Position numbers and translations under genes: made by a program. The notes beneath the pieces are model-generated. The model was not told the origin of the DNA. It did no database searches and saw only the letters and a list, made by a program, of their open reading frames with translations. A stretch of 63,442 bases of DNA, counting the filler, from Vannella sp. (lineage: Eukaryota), in the NCBI GenBank assembly GCA_023345925.1. It is 6 parts of 6 records of this genome, joined end to end, with 100 filler letters (N's around TTAATTAATTAA, not from the genome) between each part and the next. Parts side by side here need not be neighbours in the genome. Positions count along the whole stretch, not along the records: positions 44,823 to 52,561 come from JAJQQN010000415.1; positions 52,662 to 60,898 come from JAJQQN010000098.1; 4 more parts are not named here. One strand, given 5' to 3'. Below are positions 48,015 to 58,996 of this stretch, one piece after another. The number at the start of each line of letters is the position of its first letter. Within the stretch, counting starts at the first letter, position 1.

Positions 48015-48842
48015 ATGGATAATCCCTTAGAGATCGAAGGAGGGCGCACGGGTAGGTGGGGGCTGTGGTCATGTGTGAGATCATACCTGCGCCGTGAGTT
48101 CTATGTGGTGGAGGCGGATCAACACCTGAGCTACTGGCCAGACGGAGATCGTTACTTGTGAGGGCGTGTGCTCGCTCAGCCAGTGATGGCGACTGATCCT
48201 CGCAGTGGAAAGCTGTTAGGAGAATCGTTTCTAGGTCCCCCACGAAGGCAACATCCCGTCAGGATGCTCTACACGTGGGCGGGAACCTTTACGGGGATAG
48301 CTTTTGTCTCCCTTCTTCACCAGTACTCCTTTGCTCCATTAGAGCTGAGTAGCGTGTTTGGATCCCTTGGTGCCACCGCTGTTCTTCTGTATGCAGCTCC
48401 CAACTCGCCCATGATCCAACCGCGCAACTGTTTCCTTGGGCACTTCCTCAGCGCTGTGATCGGCGTATCCTGCTACAAGCTGTCCGCAGTCATCTCTAAC
48501 CACCCAGAGAACCTCCTCTGGTGCGTGCCAAACCGAGAGGGAAGCCTCACCTCACCCTGAAGTAGGATAACAGCGGCTTTGTCGGTTTCCTTGTCTCTTT
48601 CAGCGATGCAAGCCACTCAGGTACCCTCCATTAGCTCCTGCTGCTCTTCTCATACCTCTGTGTAGAGTATACACCCGCCAGGTGGTGCTACAGCCCTCAT
48701 TCCAGTCATCTCCCCGTTAGCCATCAAGTTAGGGTACCTTTACGTGCCGATTGTCCTCATGGACGTCACCATCCTCTGTCTAGTAGCCATAGCAGTGATG
48801 AATCTACCCAGGTTCACACGCTACCCACTGTACTGGTGGTGA
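48015..48842 (+). CDS. HPP-family integral membrane protein (nitrite-transporter-like), multi-exon (start uncertain)
   Basis: SLGATAVLLYAAPNSPMIQPRNCFLGH and IHPPGGATALI motifs; ends YPLYWW stop at 48842. Confidence 0.85.
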
Positions 48843-48878
48843 AGTAAACGATAAACACTTCTTCGCCTTCCTTTGGGG

Positions 48879-49355
48879 ATGTCGCGCTCCCATTCCTCCA
48901 GCTTCTCAGAGAGCCCCGCTCCTCTCACTCTCCAGTCACCAGAGTGTAACGAAGGGGACTTCCTCCTGTATCCTAAAGGAATAGCATCTGCCTCTGTGGG
49001 ATCGTACTCAACTCTGAGGTCGGCGATGAAAGATCCCACTGCCAGCTCGCTCTCCGAGTTGAAGAAGAGCGTTAGCTGGTGTGACAAGACAGGGGAATCA
49101 CTGGTATCCATTCAGATCGTCCAAAGTACGCCTCTCCTCCTCCCTAGACTGGCGCCGTCACTGACCTTTCGACCAGAACCGAAAACAGACAAATCCGAGA
49201 GAGATAGAGCCTCCTTGAAGCGTAGGAAGGAGAGAAAGTCGTCATACTCCAAAGGAACGATATGTGCGGTCTGTCTCTGCTTGGCGATCGTCCTTCTGGT
49301 CGTGGCGACCCTTTTCGTCCTCGACAGGCGCAACCCCGGTCTTCTACCGACCTGA
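48879..49355 (+). CDS. Small tail-anchored membrane protein with RVxF-like motif
   Basis: Ser-rich N-terminus, LKKSVSWCD, basic patch, C-terminal TM ICAVCLCLAIVLLVVATLFVL. Confidence 0.6.
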   Translation: MSRSHSSSFSESPAPLTLQSPECNEGDFLLYPKGIASASVGSYSTLRSAMKDPTASSLSELKKSVSWCDKTGESLVSIQIVQSTPLLLPRLAPSLTFRPEPKTDKSERDRASLKRRKERKSSYSKGTICAVCLCLAIVLLVVATLFVLDRRNPGLLPT

Positions 49356-49494
49356 TCACCTCTCAGAGCTATCTGGTGTGACCCCTTTGTAGTATATCAA
49401 GTCAAGCACGACTTTGATCGCCCCCTGAGACCCACATGTACCATAAACACTCTCAGGGAGAGATACAATTCGTTTAGATCCTCCATTTGCCTCC

Positions 49495-52351
49495 TTAAGC
49501 ATCTCCAAACGACACAGAAGCTGTGTCAGAGTCCTCTAGAGCCTCCAAGTCGTCTTGGTCGTCCTCCAGATAATCCAAATCCTCGTCATCGTCATCATCA
49601 TCCTCGTCCTCTTGAGAAGGCTCGCTGGTGGGTGCTGGAGGAGCACTCTTGGGTGCCACCATGCTCTTCGAAAGCACTTCAGAGGAGCTGGAAGCAGCTG
49701 CAGGAGGGGCACTGGGTGCCACCACGATGTTCTTCGAAGGCGCTTCAGGAGAGCTGGGAGCAGCTGCGGGAGGGGCACTGGATGCCACCACGATGTTCTT
49801 CGAAAGCACTTCAGGAGAGCTGGGAGCGGCTGCGGGAGGGGCACTGGCGGGTGCTGCGGGGACATTCTTCCTGCTGACTTGCGGTGACACCGCCACAGAA
49901 CGGCTGGTTGGCGAAGGAGAAGCATCCAAGGGAGCTGGACTATCTGGCAGGTCAGAGGAACCCAACAGGTGTTGGACTTTGCCTTCCAAAGCCAAGCGCG
50001 CTTGCTTCTCGATCTGGAATTGTTGTTGAAGCGCTCTCAGCAGCTGGCTCATTTGGTCCAGCGCCATGGTTTGTTGGTTTATCATGTCTTGCTGAGCTTT
50101 GAGTTGCTGCTGAAGGTCTCCAGTGCCTGCAACAGATCTGGATTCTCCTAATTTGGGAGAGCTCGAGGAAGCTACCACCGCTTGCCAACCGTTCTCTTCG
50201 AGTAGTTTCAGCATCGTTCCAGTAGCTATGTGGCATCCCAGGTCAGGCCGGATGTGTAGCTTGGGATAGGAGAGGCGGAAATTCAAATTGGAAGTTGTCT
50301 CCCTGACTTCCCACCCGGCTCGTCCAATGATCTCAGACTCCAGCAGGACAGGTCCGCCACTACCAGAATCTCGTAGGCCAGCAGTGCTAGTCACCTTCTT
50401 CCGCTGCTGAGCAGCCGATTCAATAACCGCTGGAATGCTCACAGAAAAGTTCACTTCGCCTTGAAGCACAACCGAGGTCCTTTCTTGTGGTCGGGAATGC
50501 TCAGGAGTCACAGTCATGGAGAGTTTCACAATGAATTGATCAATCACGGACCGAGTCAGATCCAGGTTGCCCGAAGCGACGAGCCCTAACATCCTCACGA
50601 TCACGACTTGGGCAAAATCGAAGGCTCCTTTGATGCTAAGTAACTCCAATTGAGGTTGGTAGGAGCGCACGAAGCTAACAGAGAGCATTTGAGAGAAGAC
50701 TTCGGTCAGACACGAGTCTTGTTGGGCATAAACGCCATAATCAGGGTTCAGTGCTCCCCAGGATGTTGGCAGTTTGGATAAGATCGATGCAAAGGGTACG
50801 CTGAGGCGATGAAGAGACAGATTAGTCAAAAGTATGCTTTGGAGGAGCTCCTGAAGGGTCCCTTCTCGTGGAATCTCAGCCTCACTGGCTGCAGAGGACT
50901 GGTCACTATCTATGGAGCTACTAGTAGTGTTTGAGGCAGCTAAAACCGAAGTAATCAGGTCGCTCAGAGCCAAGTGGAACACAGCCACGCTCGTTTGGTT
51001 GGTCACTTCGTCATAGAAGTGTCCCATCAGCTCTGTTTGAGCCTTGTTGCGACGTTCAGAGTCCACTTTCAGTCGGATGAGAGCAATCACTTCGTCCAGC
51101 TGAGAGGGAGAAGGACGTGGGACAACGACAATCTCTTTTTGTTGGATCTCCTCAAGCTCCTGCGTAACGTCGTCCGTGACCTTCTCTGGATCAAAGCATT
51201 GCGCTTGTTGTAGCTTCACTAAACGGTCCAAATGCCCCAGAAGGGTGTCCAGTTGGGCAGAGATCTTGTCCCGGCGGCCTTCCCACTGAGACTTGAGGCG
51301 CTGGTGTCTCTCGAAGATCTCCCATTCACTAGCCTCCATGACGGAAGCTTGCTTCTGCACCAATGCGCGCGCAGCTTCGGTTTGTCCTGTCTCGAAAGCG
51401 GAGAAGATCTGCGCCTCATGCTTTTGGATGGCAGTTAACGCGCTCTGGACCTCTGCTCTTTGGTCAGAGAACTTCCATGATGAGAAGGAAGCGCCTTACC
51501 AGGAGAGGGATCGAGTAATGTGTGCATGGAGCGTCCAACACGTTCCGTGGACCAAGAGAGCTCCGTAGACTCTGCTTCACGGTAAGAAAGGAGAAGGACA
51601 ACTGCAAAGACGTACTGTTTCTCTTCTCAAAGTCCTGGAAAAGGTGAGCTGTGCTTCCACTCCCAAGCAGGCGCTCCTCCGGCTTCCTGCTGCTCCTTCG
51701 TCGCGCTTTGTCTTTGGACTCTGACTTAGACTTCTTCTTCTTGGCCACTGACCGATCGGTACCTCCGCTGGTCTCCTTGTCCTTGTCCTTCTTCACAGTT
51801 CCGATTTTCTTCGAAGAGGTTCGTCGGTGTTTGCTCGTTCCTGTGCTCTTCTCTACCACAGACCTCCTCGTTATCGTTGGCTATCTCTTGGAAAGGCTCC
51901 AGATCCACCTCCCTTGCAACGGGTTCCTCTGGCTCGGTCTTCTCTGGCTCGGTCTTCTCTGCGGGTTCTGGTTCTGTCGGTTGCTTGGTTTCCTCGGCGA
52001 CAGGTGTAGGTGTAGGTGTAGCTTGCGAAGGATTTGCAGGTCCCCCACTCATGATAAGTTGGACCATCTCTTCTGTACATGTTTTGACAAAGGAGGAAGG
52101 GAAGAAGCCTTCCGCACCGGCCAAGTCATGTCCTCGTGCCCAGCCGTTCTCTGTATGTAGCACGATCTGATACACCTTCCCTACCTCCAAAGATAGCTGA
52201 TTCTCTTGTGTGCCTGTCCAAGGATAGCAGGCGACCACAAACGAAGGCGTGCTGTCACATGAATGGTATCTCTCAGAAGCTCCTGTGTGAACTCTTTCTG
52301 GAGAGGGCTCTCTAGACTTGCAAGGCCTCCAGTTTTGCCACTGCCGAACAT
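49495..52351 (-). CDS. SH3-domain protein with coiled coils, Pro/Ala repeats and acidic tail, multi-exon
   Basis: SH3 ACYPWTG..ENQLSLEVG..ENGWARG..GFFPSSFV; Q-rich coiled coil; DEDDDDDDED tail. Confidence 0.7.
49637..49847. repeat. 66-bp coding minisatellite (22-aa unit SAPPAAAPSSPEVLSKNIVVAS), three copies
   Basis: tcttcgaa anchors at 49665, 49731, 49797. Confidence 0.9.
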
Positions 52352-52401
52352 CGCAAACAGCCTTCGTTCGGTCTCTAATGATAAATTTGATATGTTGCTC
52401 T

Positions 52402-52561
52402 TATTGGTTGGTCGGACATAATGATATAATATGATACAATCTGTTTCTATTATTGGTTGGTCGGACATAATGAAATAATATGATACAATTGTTTGGTTGG
52501 TCGTACATAATGATGTAATTTTAGCACGATTTGTTTCTATTTTTGGTTGGTCGTACCCCAC
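52402..52561. repeat. AT-rich tandem repeat, core TTGGTTGGTCG(G/T)ACATAATGA, period 40-50 nt, running into contig end
   Basis: Cores at 52404, 52453, 52493, 52543. Confidence 0.9.
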
Positions 52562-52661
52562 NNNNNNNNNNNNNNNNNNNNNNNNNNNNNNNNNNNNNNN
52601 NNNNNTTAATTAATTAANNNNNNNNNNNNNNNNNNNNNNNNNNNNNNNNNNNNNNNNNNNN
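52562..52661. other. Artificial contig linker
   Basis: N44-TTAATTAATTAA-N44. Confidence 0.98.
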
Positions 52662-53177
52662 CGCAAGAGCAAGGATAGTCCGTCATTTCATTGCAATGTA
52701 TGTAACATAGAGATTACTGGGATGGATAGAGAGGCCCATGCATGCTCGCTCTCACACCAACTCAGCCGTAACCGTGCCAGCTCCGTCCCTCCTAAGCTCT
52801 TTCACCTTCCCACAGGTAACCCTGGCTATCAGATCCTACTGAAAGGTGGCTGGGATGGAGAGAGAGGCTTGGGCAAGCACAACAATGGTGTCTTGAATCC
52901 AATCAAAACGAGGATTAAGAACGATCGTTTGGGCCTGGGTATTGCCCCTCTGTGCCCTGCTCGAGTCTCTCATGTTGCATCAGACTACCAGACACGCCCC
53001 AATTTGCACCAGCGCACTATCCCTCGTAATCTGGAGTCTTTGGACATTTTCTCTGCCTTGGAAGCTCTTCGCACGACACCAGAGCAGCGTTATGGCATCA
53101 CCAAAAAGCACCGAACTCTTCTTCTCCGACGAGATCGGTTGAAAGGGAATCTGCTCTTCCGAGAGCTCTACCGCTGA
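52662..53177 (+). CDS. G-patch protein (GPANK1-like C-terminus), 5' truncated
   Basis: CNVC...H...SHQL zinc-finger-like segment then NPGYQILLKGGWDGERGLG...PIKTRIKNDRLGLG. Confidence 0.75.
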   Translation, partial: RKSKDSPSFHCNVCNIEITGMDREAHACSLSHQLSRNRASSVPPKLFHLPTGNPGYQILLKGGWDGERGLGKHNNGVLNPIKTRIKNDRLGLGIAPLCPARVSHVASDYQTRPNLHQRTIPRNLESLDIFSALEALRTTPEQRYGITKKHRTLLLRRDRLKGNLLFRELYR

Positions 53178-53698
53178 TGCGGAGAGAATCTCGTTTGCCC
53201 AAAAAAAGAGGGGAACGTATCCGAACGCTTTCCTCTTCTCGACATGCTAATTTTTGGCATTGTCGGTCTCTCACTAGAGCTAATATATCATACTCAAGAG
53301 ACTCCATTTGACTGCGGAAATAGAGCTTCTCCTTCTCATTCCATCAGAGGAACTGGGAGGTCAGGCCCAGAGAGGAACTGAATGCTTCAAAAGGTGTTTG
53401 GTATGACACTGAAGATGCTTCTGTTGGAGAATGGAGAATTCAGAATCTGGCATTCTCCTGCATATGACCCTTCAGTCTCTTCCGTTCCAGATTCCCTTTG
53501 TTTGTGATACACTAACCGACAATCCAAATGGCGGCTCTTCTGCAACTGTCTGCCACTAAGTGCTGGTAGAGAGGAATCCTTATCTTCATTAGATCTCCAA
53601 TGTATGAGCTGGAAAAGTAAATAGATGGCTTGGCCAATCAGCTGCTAACTTTGCTGAAGCAGGCAGATGCTTTACTGAACTCTCCCGTACAGAGAGTC

Positions 53699-55053
53699 TT
53701 AAAGGAGGCCAAGATTAATGGTGTGCAGGACTTCGTTGTCTGAGCCAGCCACGAGAATATTCCTTTCCGGGTGAATATTAAACGAATTGAGGGACCTTTG
53801 ACAGATAAGAAGAAGGAACGAAGCGAGAAGAGATCTTACAAAGGGCTATGAAGCAGCTGGTGGCTAACAGAAGTTCCCCGCACAGAGTACTGAGGCTGCA
53901 TCGAGGTGGACCGAAAGTCACGTAGAAACATGTCTCCGTCATTTCCACAGGACAAGAGGTAGTCACTGATAACTGGATGGAACTGTACTTCCCACACTAC
54001 TCCACTGAGTGACCGTCTGTTGATAGATCAGAGAGAGGCTTACCATCAGATTGGTGCTGTTTGTAGTGGCAGAGCGGCTGGTGAAGCTCTCTCATATCCC
54101 AGATGAGAATGTTTCCACTCTCATCTCCAGTAGCGACCACTTCTGGTTGTGTTTGGTGAACATCGAGACAGTGGACAGCTCCACCTTGCCTAAGCATGCA
54201 ATCCTATCAGACACCGCCCTCTCGCATCTTACAAGTAAGCCATACCCTCTGACACTAGATTGGTGCTTCTTTGAAGCGCGCAGGTCCCAGAATCGGAGGT
54301 GTCCTGTCGTGCTAGTGGTAAAGAGCTTGTGAGCCTCACTCTGCATCTTCATTCCCGTAAGAGTCTGAGTACTCTCTTCCCTGCTGGTGAGATGGCTACT
54401 CTTGCTTATCTTGGTGCCCCCTACCGCACGATTCGCTGATGGTTTGCTGTTGGACGGAGTAGAGATGCAGCTTTCCGTCCTCTCCTGCGCTTGCCACCTT
54501 GTCTGGCTCTCCGATCACACAGTCTACTGCTATTGCAGCTCCTTTGTGGCCTTGTTTCATCTTCACAATGATCAGAGGGAGCAAAGGAGAGGAGGAGCGC
54601 ACGAACCGCAGTGGGGACTAAGACTGCCTCCTTGTCCTTGTTCAAGTCGAAGGCAGTGATCACACCAGAGGAAGACGCTGTCCATAAACTGGTTTCCCAC
54701 GCCTGCAGAAGGTAAGAACACGCTGTTAAGGCAGATTGGGGACCGACCTTGATGTCGATCACGTCCCCTTCATGGAGGATGGTCCCAACTTGTCTCAAAG
54801 TGTCCAGTGGAGATTGGCCATCAATGTCCACATCCCACAAGCAAAGGCGGTTGCCTTGAGGCCGCGGGTCGTTTCCCTTTTCCTTTCATCAGCACCCAAG
54901 TGCCTCCCAAGATGAAACTCCACCTACCCACTTCCATTGAGCGACAGGAACCTCATCCCAGCTTCCAGTTACGAAGAGAGTAGAAGCACCAAGCCACCGC
55001 AGCTTGTTAACCTTGTTCGAGACATAAATGTCGTGCCCTCGAACTTGCGCCAT
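53699..55053 (-). CDS. NUP43: Nucleoporin Nup43 (WD40), multi-exon
   Basis: YVSNKVNKLRW...FVTGSWDE, HEGDVIDI, ASAGEDGKL, GHLRFWDLR, HQTQPEVVATG...IWDMR, DVWEVQFHP. Confidence 0.8.
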
Positions 55054-55261
55054 CAACCAGCCCACAAAAAATGCCCCAAAATATCAAAGTCGGTCGTGAA
55101 TATGATTTAACAGCGCTTTCCATTTGTAAGCAGGTGGGGAAACTTCCACAGAATTTTCTTGGTACACTTTCTGTTGGATATGTTTCGACGACACGGAGAT
55201 CCCCCATCAGATGGCCTATCAAGGTTCCATCAACTTGGCCAAGGGGCATGAGCATAGCTTG

Positions 55262-56124
55262 ATGAGTGAAACTGCTAAGGGGGATGCGGAGATTCTCGTG
55301 GAAGATCAGCACCTTTTTGATGTTGCCCCTGATCGGTGTGGTGCTCTGGGAGACTGTATGGGGTGGAACCAACCACAGAGTATCGAGGATGTGAGGCAAA
55401 ACACCTTGATCCGCCGAGTGATGCTCGTTGTCTTCGTCCAACTGCTCATTGTCACTATCCAATGCGGTGTGATGCTTCTCTTCCAGGAGGAGCTTCAACC
55501 TTACTTGGAGAAGTACTGGTGGGTCTCTATCATCATCATTGTGGTCGAGTTCATCTCCCTCTTTGTCCTCTTCTGTGTAAGAAGGAAACGTTTCATCAAC
55601 CTGGTTGTTCTCGCCATCTTCACACTCACATCCGGTAAGTTGACCGGTACCAGCACCCATCACCATAGTCTTACAGTTTTAGGCTTTACTGTGAGTATAG
55701 CGGTCATCTTGTACAACATCGCAACGGTGGTGGAAGCAGCGGGGATCTGTTTGTTCCTCGTCGGCTTCCTCGTGATATACACGCTGGTAACCCGCACAGA
55801 GGTCAAATGGCTCGCAGTTGGTATGTTCTTTTCGCGTACTTTTCCGTTCTCATGAATGTAGCCTGCTCCTTGGGGTTGTTCGCTATGCTGATGTGGGGAT
55901 TTATCTGGGTCTTCCTGGCCATGTGTGGAGTGCAAAGCTATTGGCTTTATCAGCTGTACTGCCTCTTTGGTGTCTTTTTGTTCATGGCGGCCATCATCGT
56001 GGATACGGCTCGACTGATGAGCAAGTTTGCAGACCCTGACGAGTACATCCTCGTCGCCGTCACGCTTTACTTGGATGTGCTCAATCTGTTCCTCTTCCTC
56101 CTCCGCCTCTTGGGCAACAGGTGA
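55262..56124 (+). CDS. Bax inhibitor-1 / Lifeguard (TMBIM) family membrane protein, multi-exon
   Basis: Multiple TM helices, LIRRV, IVDT, DEYILVAVTLYLDVLNLFLFLL. Confidence 0.9.
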
Positions 56125-56347
56125 GGATGCGAGAGGGGTGGTTTGAAATAAACGGTTTATGATGTAATCATTCTAACAATAGTGTGATATTGAGATATGT
56201 ATCAAAACATTCGTTTGTACAAAGGTAAGTCTCAGAAACAGAAGACAAAAAATTAAATAAAAAAAAATAAAAAAATCGAAGAACACACAAATTCCGCTTT
56301 GTCTATCAGAAAGGGGATGGCTGGTCCTCAACCACTTTCTGTTTTCC

Positions 56348-57346
56348 ATGGCTTCGAGGTGTTCTTTTTGTTGTACGGAAACTCAGAAGCCTTTGACTTG
56401 TTCAGTTTGTCGTCGACGCCGTTACTGTTCGTCTGAGTGTCAACGTGCTGATTGGCAGATTGATGGAGCAGGTCAAGGACATAAGATGTGGTGCAAACTA
56501 GGAGCAGGTGAACTAGATCGCGAATGGGCCATCAGACCTGTCGAGGGTAAAGGTTTGGGTGTTATTGCGCTCACCGCATTCAAAGTCCATGATCGGATCA
56601 TCGTTGATCGTTGCATTCCTTTGGATCAGTTCCAGCAATGCAAGGATGGACTGCTTTGTTACGCCGCCTCTCTCATGCCAGAAAAAGGAAGCCTGAGTGA
56701 GAAGTTCATCCTCAACTGCGTGGCCCTCCCAGATAGGCCAGCACTCTGCCCTCTCATCTCTCGTGTGAACCACAGCTGCTCTCCCAATGCTATTCATCTG
56801 TTTGACCCTTCTTCTGGAGCGAACATCCTTTTCGCCAAGAAGCCCATCGCAGTGGGAGAGGAAGTCCTCATCGACTATGCTGGCACTGGCAGTATCTCGA
56901 GCAACACGGTGGTACCGTTGGAGTTAGGAAGAACCACGCTTCTCAACAAGTGGTCAATCATCTGCCCTTCCGATTGTGCGTGTAACGATGAGACTACTCG
57001 TCGGAAGATACTCGAAGGCCGAGAAGCCGACAGCCAAGTCATGAGACTGGCATCTCAATCCCCAGAGAGGGCTTTGCGAGCACTTGATCGTGTGATTGAG
57101 ATCCAAAAGTGGTTCGGAGAGGAACCCACGGGAAGAACACTGTACGATGGGTTTCAAGTGTCCATTCTCTCAAGAAAGACAATGAGCCGAAGCAAACCAT
57201 TCTCCCAAAGGAATCTCGCAGTCAACCGCTCCATGTACGGCCAACAGTTTGTTACTTTGAGTGATCCTTGTGAACACCCAGAAGTACTCAAGGCCTTGAG
57301 CTTTGTTGAACGTCCGTCTAGCCACCGAAACTACCTCATTCTTTGA
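56348..57346 (+). CDS. MYND zinc finger plus SET domain protein, intronless
   Basis: CSFC..CSVC..YCSSECQRADW..H..WC; GKGLGVIA, SRVNHSCSPN, GEEVLIDY, CPSDCAC. Confidence 0.88.
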   Translation: MASRCSFCCTETQKPLTCSVCRRRRYCSSECQRADWQIDGAGQGHKMWCKLGAGELDREWAIRPVEGKGLGVIALTAFKVHDRIIVDRCIPLDQFQQCKDGLLCYAASLMPEKGSLSEKFILNCVALPDRPALCPLISRVNHSCSPNAIHLFDPSSGANILFAKKPIAVGEEVLIDYAGTGSISSNTVVPLELGRTTLLNKWSIICPSDCACNDETTRRKILEGREADSQVMRLASQSPERALRALDRVIEIQKWFGEEPTGRTLYDGFQVSILSRKTMSRSKPFSQRNLAVNRSMYGQQFVTLSDPCEHPEVLKALSFVERPSSHRNYLIL

Positions 57347-57510
57347 GCTACCATAAAAACCGCTAAGCCAATCAGAATCCAGAAAACTCCATTCGAGCCT
57401 TCCTATTGGCCAGCCTGCACACCGTCGAGGTTGAGTCGGACCATCGCCACATGAAATCAAGTCTTATGTAAAAATCGGCAACCTTGATGGACAGGGTATT
57501 ATTTTTTTGG

Positions 57511-58941
57511 ATGCTGAGGACTACGGCCGTTGCGAGCCGTTCGGCTCAGAGAGTGTTCCAACGTTATGGCTCAGCTATTACGATGAACGAGAAGCTGGAG
57601 TTGAATGTACCAAATGACCCTATCATCCCTTACATCGAAGGTGATGGAACTGGAGCAGACATCTGGAGAGCGTCTGTCCGCGTGTTTGACGCCGCCGTGG
57701 CTAAGGCCTACAAGGGCCAGAAAGCTATTGACTGGAAGGAAGTGTATGCTGGAGAGAAGTCCTTCAAGAGAACTGGTGAGTGGCTTCCGGAGGCCACTCT
57801 TGAAGCATATCGACAGTACCTTGTTGGTATCAAGGGTCCTCTCACAACCCCTATTGGCGGTGGTATGCGCTCTCTCAACGTTGCCTTGCGCCAAGAACTC
57901 GACTTGTACGTGTGTTTGCGCCCTGTTCGTTACTTCACTGGCGTTCCTTCCCCGGTGAAACGCCCAGAAGAAGTGAACATGGTCCTCTTCCGTGAGAACA
58001 CGGAGGACATCTACGCAGGTATTGAGTTCCAACAAGGTACCCCAGGAGCTAAAGACATGATGGCGTTCCTTGAAGCTCATGGAGTCTCGAAGAAGGTCCG
58101 TTTCCCTCAAACCTCGTCTTTTGGCATCAAAGCTATCTCTGAGGAAGGCTCCAAGCGCCTCATTCGCGCTTCTATCAAGTATGCTCTGGAGCATAAGCGC
58201 AAGAGTGTCACTATTGTCCACAAGGGCAACATCATGAAGTTCACTGAAGGCTCCTTCCGTGATTGGGGCTACGAACTGGCCAAGAGCGAGTTCCGCGATC
58301 ATGTAGTTACCGAGCGTGAGAGCTGGATCCTTGGAAACCAAGACCGCAATGGCAATCTACCACTAGAGGCAGCTGCAGCTGCCATTGACCCTGGATTCTC
58401 GATGATGACCGAAGGACAACAGGCTGGGGTGAAGAAGGAGATCGAAACCGTGCTCTCGACCATTGGACAGTCCCACGGTGCTGGCAAGTACAAGTCTAAG
58501 CTGTTGATCAAGGACACTATTGCCGATATTACCTTGCAACAAGTCCTCACCCGCGCCACTGACTTTGACGTCATCGCCACGATGAACCTTAACGGTGACT
58601 ACATCAGTGACGCCCTCGCTGCCCAAGTGGGTGGTATTGGTATTGCTCCTGGTGGCAACATCAACTACTTGTCTGGTCACGCCATCTTCGAGGCCACTCA
58701 TGGCACCGCTCCCAAGTACGCTGGACAGGACAAAGTCAACCCTGGCTCTCTCATCCTCTCTGGAGAGATGATGTTCCGCCACCTTGGCTGGAATGAAGCT
58801 GCTGATCTTATCATCCAAGGAATTGACCGCTCCATCGCCCAAAAGCGCGTCACTTACGACTTCCACCGCCTCATGGAGGGTTCCCCAACTCTTCTTAAAT
58901 GCAGCGAATTTGCGGATAACATTATCACCAACATGGATTAA
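57511..58941 (+). CDS. icd: Bacterial-type (subfamily I) NADP-dependent isocitrate dehydrogenase with mitochondrial-like presequence
   Basis: [76 protein letters not shown]-terminus [20 protein letters not shown]. Confidence 0.93.
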   Translation: MLRTTAVASRSAQRVFQRYGSAITMNEKLELNVPNDPIIPYIEGDGTGADIWRASVRVFDAAVAKAYKGQKAIDWKEVYAGEKSFKRTGEWLPEATLEAYRQYLVGIKGPLTTPIGGGMRSLNVALRQELDLYVCLRPVRYFTGVPSPVKRPEEVNMVLFRENTEDIYAGIEFQQGTPGAKDMMAFLEAHGVSKKVRFPQTSSFGIKAISEEGSKRLIRASIKYALEHKRKSVTIVHKGNIMKFTEGSFRDWGYELAKSEFRDHVVTERESWILGNQDRNGNLPLEAAAAAIDPGFSMMTEGQQAGVKKEIETVLSTIGQSHGAGKYKSKLLIKDTIADITLQQVLTRATDFDVIATMNLNGDYISDALAAQVGGIGIAPGGNINYLSGHAIFEATHGTAPKYAGQDKVNPGSLILSGEMMFRHLGWNEAADLIIQGIDRSIAQKRVTYDFHRLMEGSPTLLKCSEFADNIITNMD

Positions 58942-58996
58942 ATTCCCGCACTTATGGGCAATAAATTGGCCTCTGTTACCATTCGGTCTTGGCCTC

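Noticed and set aside
52402..52561. Possible CRISPR array
   Set aside because: Inter-core sequences are similar to each other rather than unique spacers, no cas genes, eukaryotic context
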